A DNA stretch of 64,000 nt from Octopus sinensis (taxonomy: Eukaryota), in assembly GCF_006345805.1 (NCBI RefSeq), contig NC_043001.1, positions 20,212,001 through 20,276,000 of the forward strand. The letters are read 5' to 3'. The notes below the pieces were generated by a model. That model had not been told where the DNA came from. It saw nothing but the letters and a program-made list of their open reading frames with translations, and searched no databases. Below are positions 61,481-64,000 of the stretch, in pieces (position 1 is the stretch's first letter; every line of letters starts with the position of its first letter). The position numbers and the translations under genes were made by a program.

Positions 61481-63042
61481 AGAGAAGTAGCTTAGTTAAC
61501 ACTACAAGTTTCTCAGAGAATGAATGTGGGACAACATGATGTTTTAAACTTATGGTTGATTTAAAGTATCAAACCACAAAATTTGGCTTCTTTGTTTATT
61601 TATTAATTAATTACTTGTTGGGACACCGTATTTCATTATACAATCGTAATATAATTATACTATCAAGTATTGCCCACAGGGTGCTAAATATAGAGGATAC
61701 AAACAAGGACAGGCCAAGGGATTAAGTCAATTACATCCCCCCCATTACTGGTATATATTTAATTGACCCCACCCCAAAAGAATGAAAGGTAAAGCCGACC
61801 TCAGTGGAATTTGAACTCAGAACATAGCAGCAGATGAAATACCTATTTCTTTACTACCCACAAGGGGCTAAACACAGAGAGGACAAACAAGGACAGACAA
61901 AGGGATTAAGTCAATTACATCGACCCCAGTGCATAACTGGTACTTATTTAATCAACTCCGAAAGGATAAAAGGCAAAGTCAACCTCGGTGGAATTTGAAC
62001 TCAGAACATAGCAGCAGACGAAATACCTATTTCTTTACTACCAACAAGGGGCTAAACACAGAGAGGACAAAGAAGGACAGCCAAACCAGTGCGTAACTGG
62101 TACTTATTTAATTGACCCCGAAAGGATGAAAGGCAAAGTCGACCTCGGTGGAATCTGAACTCAGAACGTAGTGGCAGATGAAATAGCACTATGCATTTCA
62201 CCTGGTGTGCTAACGTTTCTGCCAGCTTGCCACCCTATACTGTCAAGTATATTAAAAGCTTTATAAGTCTATACTGTGTCCATCCGTGTTGGCAATGCTA
62301 TTAAATCACTTTTTAAAATGATCTAACAAATTTTCTCCAGAAATTATACCCAACAATGATTTGTTGCAACATGTTGTATCCAAATGCATCTAGTATTTGT
62401 GAAAAATAACACATTTATTGACATGAATGCTTTCATATTTACTTTCTGATTACGATTGATAAAAATGGATTTGAAGTATAATCTCGCATAGTAAAAGGTC
62501 TAGGTACAGTGTAGTCATTATCAAACGTGTTATCTTGGACAGCTGTTGATGAACTACGTATTGTGGAAGTTGTAGCCGCAGATGTTCGTTATAACAACAG
62601 AAATATGAACTTACTAAAAAAGGTCCCGTTGTTTCTTTAGTCTCAAACAACATATACTCTTAGAAGGAGTCAGTCAACGGAAGGAAAATATACAACATTC
62701 TTTCAAGATTATCTCTGCTCAGTTAGGGATGTTTTGGGGTTAAGTAGCAACAACAATAACAACAACAACAACAACAACAACACTATAACAACAACAACAC
62801 TTTTATTCTTTTACTTGTTTCAGTCATTTGGCTGTGGCCATGCTGGAGCACTGCCTTTAATCGAGCAAATCTACCCCCCCCCCGGACTTATTCTTTGTAA
62901 GCCTAGTACTTATTCTATCAGTCTCTCTTGCCGAACCGCTAAGCGACGGGGACGTAAACACATCAGAATCAGTTGTCAAGCAATGTTGGGGTGACAAACA
63001 CAGACACACAAACATATACACACACATATATATATATATATA

Positions 63043-63102
<60 letters not shown>

Positions 63103-63305
63103 ATATATCGGAGTGGTTGGCGTTAGGAAGGGCATCCAGCTGTAGAAACACTGCCACATCTGACTGGCCTGGTGCAGCCTTCGGGCTTCCCAGACCCCAG
63201 TTGAACCGTCCAACCCATGCTAGCATGGAAAGCGGACGTTAAACGATGATGATGATGATGATGATATATGTATAAATATATATATGTATATATATATATA
63301 TATAT

Positions 63306-63361
<56 letters not shown>

Positions 63362-63383
63362 CACACACACATATATATATATA

Positions 63384-63461
<78 letters not shown>

Positions 63462-64000
63462 TATATATATATACAAACATATATATATATACATATATAC
63501 GACGGTCTTCTTTCAGTTTCTGTCTACCAAACCCACTCACAAGGCTTTGGTCGGCCCAAGGCTGTAGTAGAAGACACTCGCCCAAGATGCCACGCAGTGG
63601 GACTGAACCTGGAACCATGTGGTTATTAAGCAAGCTACTTACCACACAGCCACTCCTACGCCTATATACACACGTAACTGGTAAACTACAAATTCTATGG
63701 AATTTTAACAGTTAACATGATGTAAAAAGTAAGATTTGGGACTTCATATTCATAGCGTGCAATGAAATAATAATAGTTACAATAGTCTCTAATTGAAGCA
63801 CAAGGCCAGCAATTTTGCATGTGAAATTAGTTGATTACATTGGCCGCAGTACTTGATGGGTTCTTTATTTCATCAATGCCTGTTGGAGATAAAAAAGGCA
63901 AAGCTGACTTTGGTGGCTTTTGAACTCAGAACATAAAAAACTGACACTCTGTTATGACAATGATGGATCAAGTTGATCTGATCAACAGAACATCCTGCTT

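Noticed and set aside
62480-62660. Plus-strand transposase relic (IKRVILDSC...VVAADVRYNNRNM) or a minus-strand 44-nt exon 62615-62658
   Set aside because: Both are short, mutually competing, by-eye resemblances without independent support
63123-63715. Long IY/YI-rich ORFs (also at 20295-20700, 43974-44612, 45200-45550, 56436-56872)
   Set aside because: Stop-free frames of (AT)n, (GAT)n and (TCTA)n microsatellites

Overview
AT-rich, repeat-dense animal genomic DNA, most likely from an octopus. The species call is my inference from the tRNA-derived SINE families, RTE and CR1 LINE debris, and abundant (AT)n, (GT)n and (GAT)n microsatellites. It is not a prokaryotic window, and almost all ORFs in the supplied track come from SINEs, LINEs or microsatellites. 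Three things stand out. (1) At 14,813-19,080 a ~535-bp unit is tandemly repeated about 8 times and inverted head-to-head at ~16,487, with (AT)n on both sides. Every full unit carries a type I hammerhead ribozyme motif of the Penelope-like/retrozyme kind: CUGACGA core, GCUA/UAGC stem II, and palindromic GAAACAAUUGUC stem III. Smaller head-to-head foldbacks with hammerhead-like motifs sit in other (AT)n tracts at 14.45 kb and 55.3-56.65 kb. (2) A minus-strand multi-exon gene can be assembled by hand from 12 phase-compatible exons between 60,644 and 23,711, giving 584 codons plus stop. It encodes an ectodomain, one TM helix and a SEFIR-like domain with an IL17RA/RD-type extension, so it is an IL-17-receptor-like gene; its 5' end was not found. 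It has a tandemly duplicated 28-nt microexon, a possible dual donor/acceptor site just before the TM exon, and a decayed copy of its last exon downstream. (3) The usual mobile elements are present: two young CR1-type LINE copies, mariner/Tc1 relics, Merlin-like and piggyBac-like MITEs, and RTE and R4-like fragments. All calls were made by eye without alignments or folding software, and repeat boundaries are approximate (about +/-10-20 bp).
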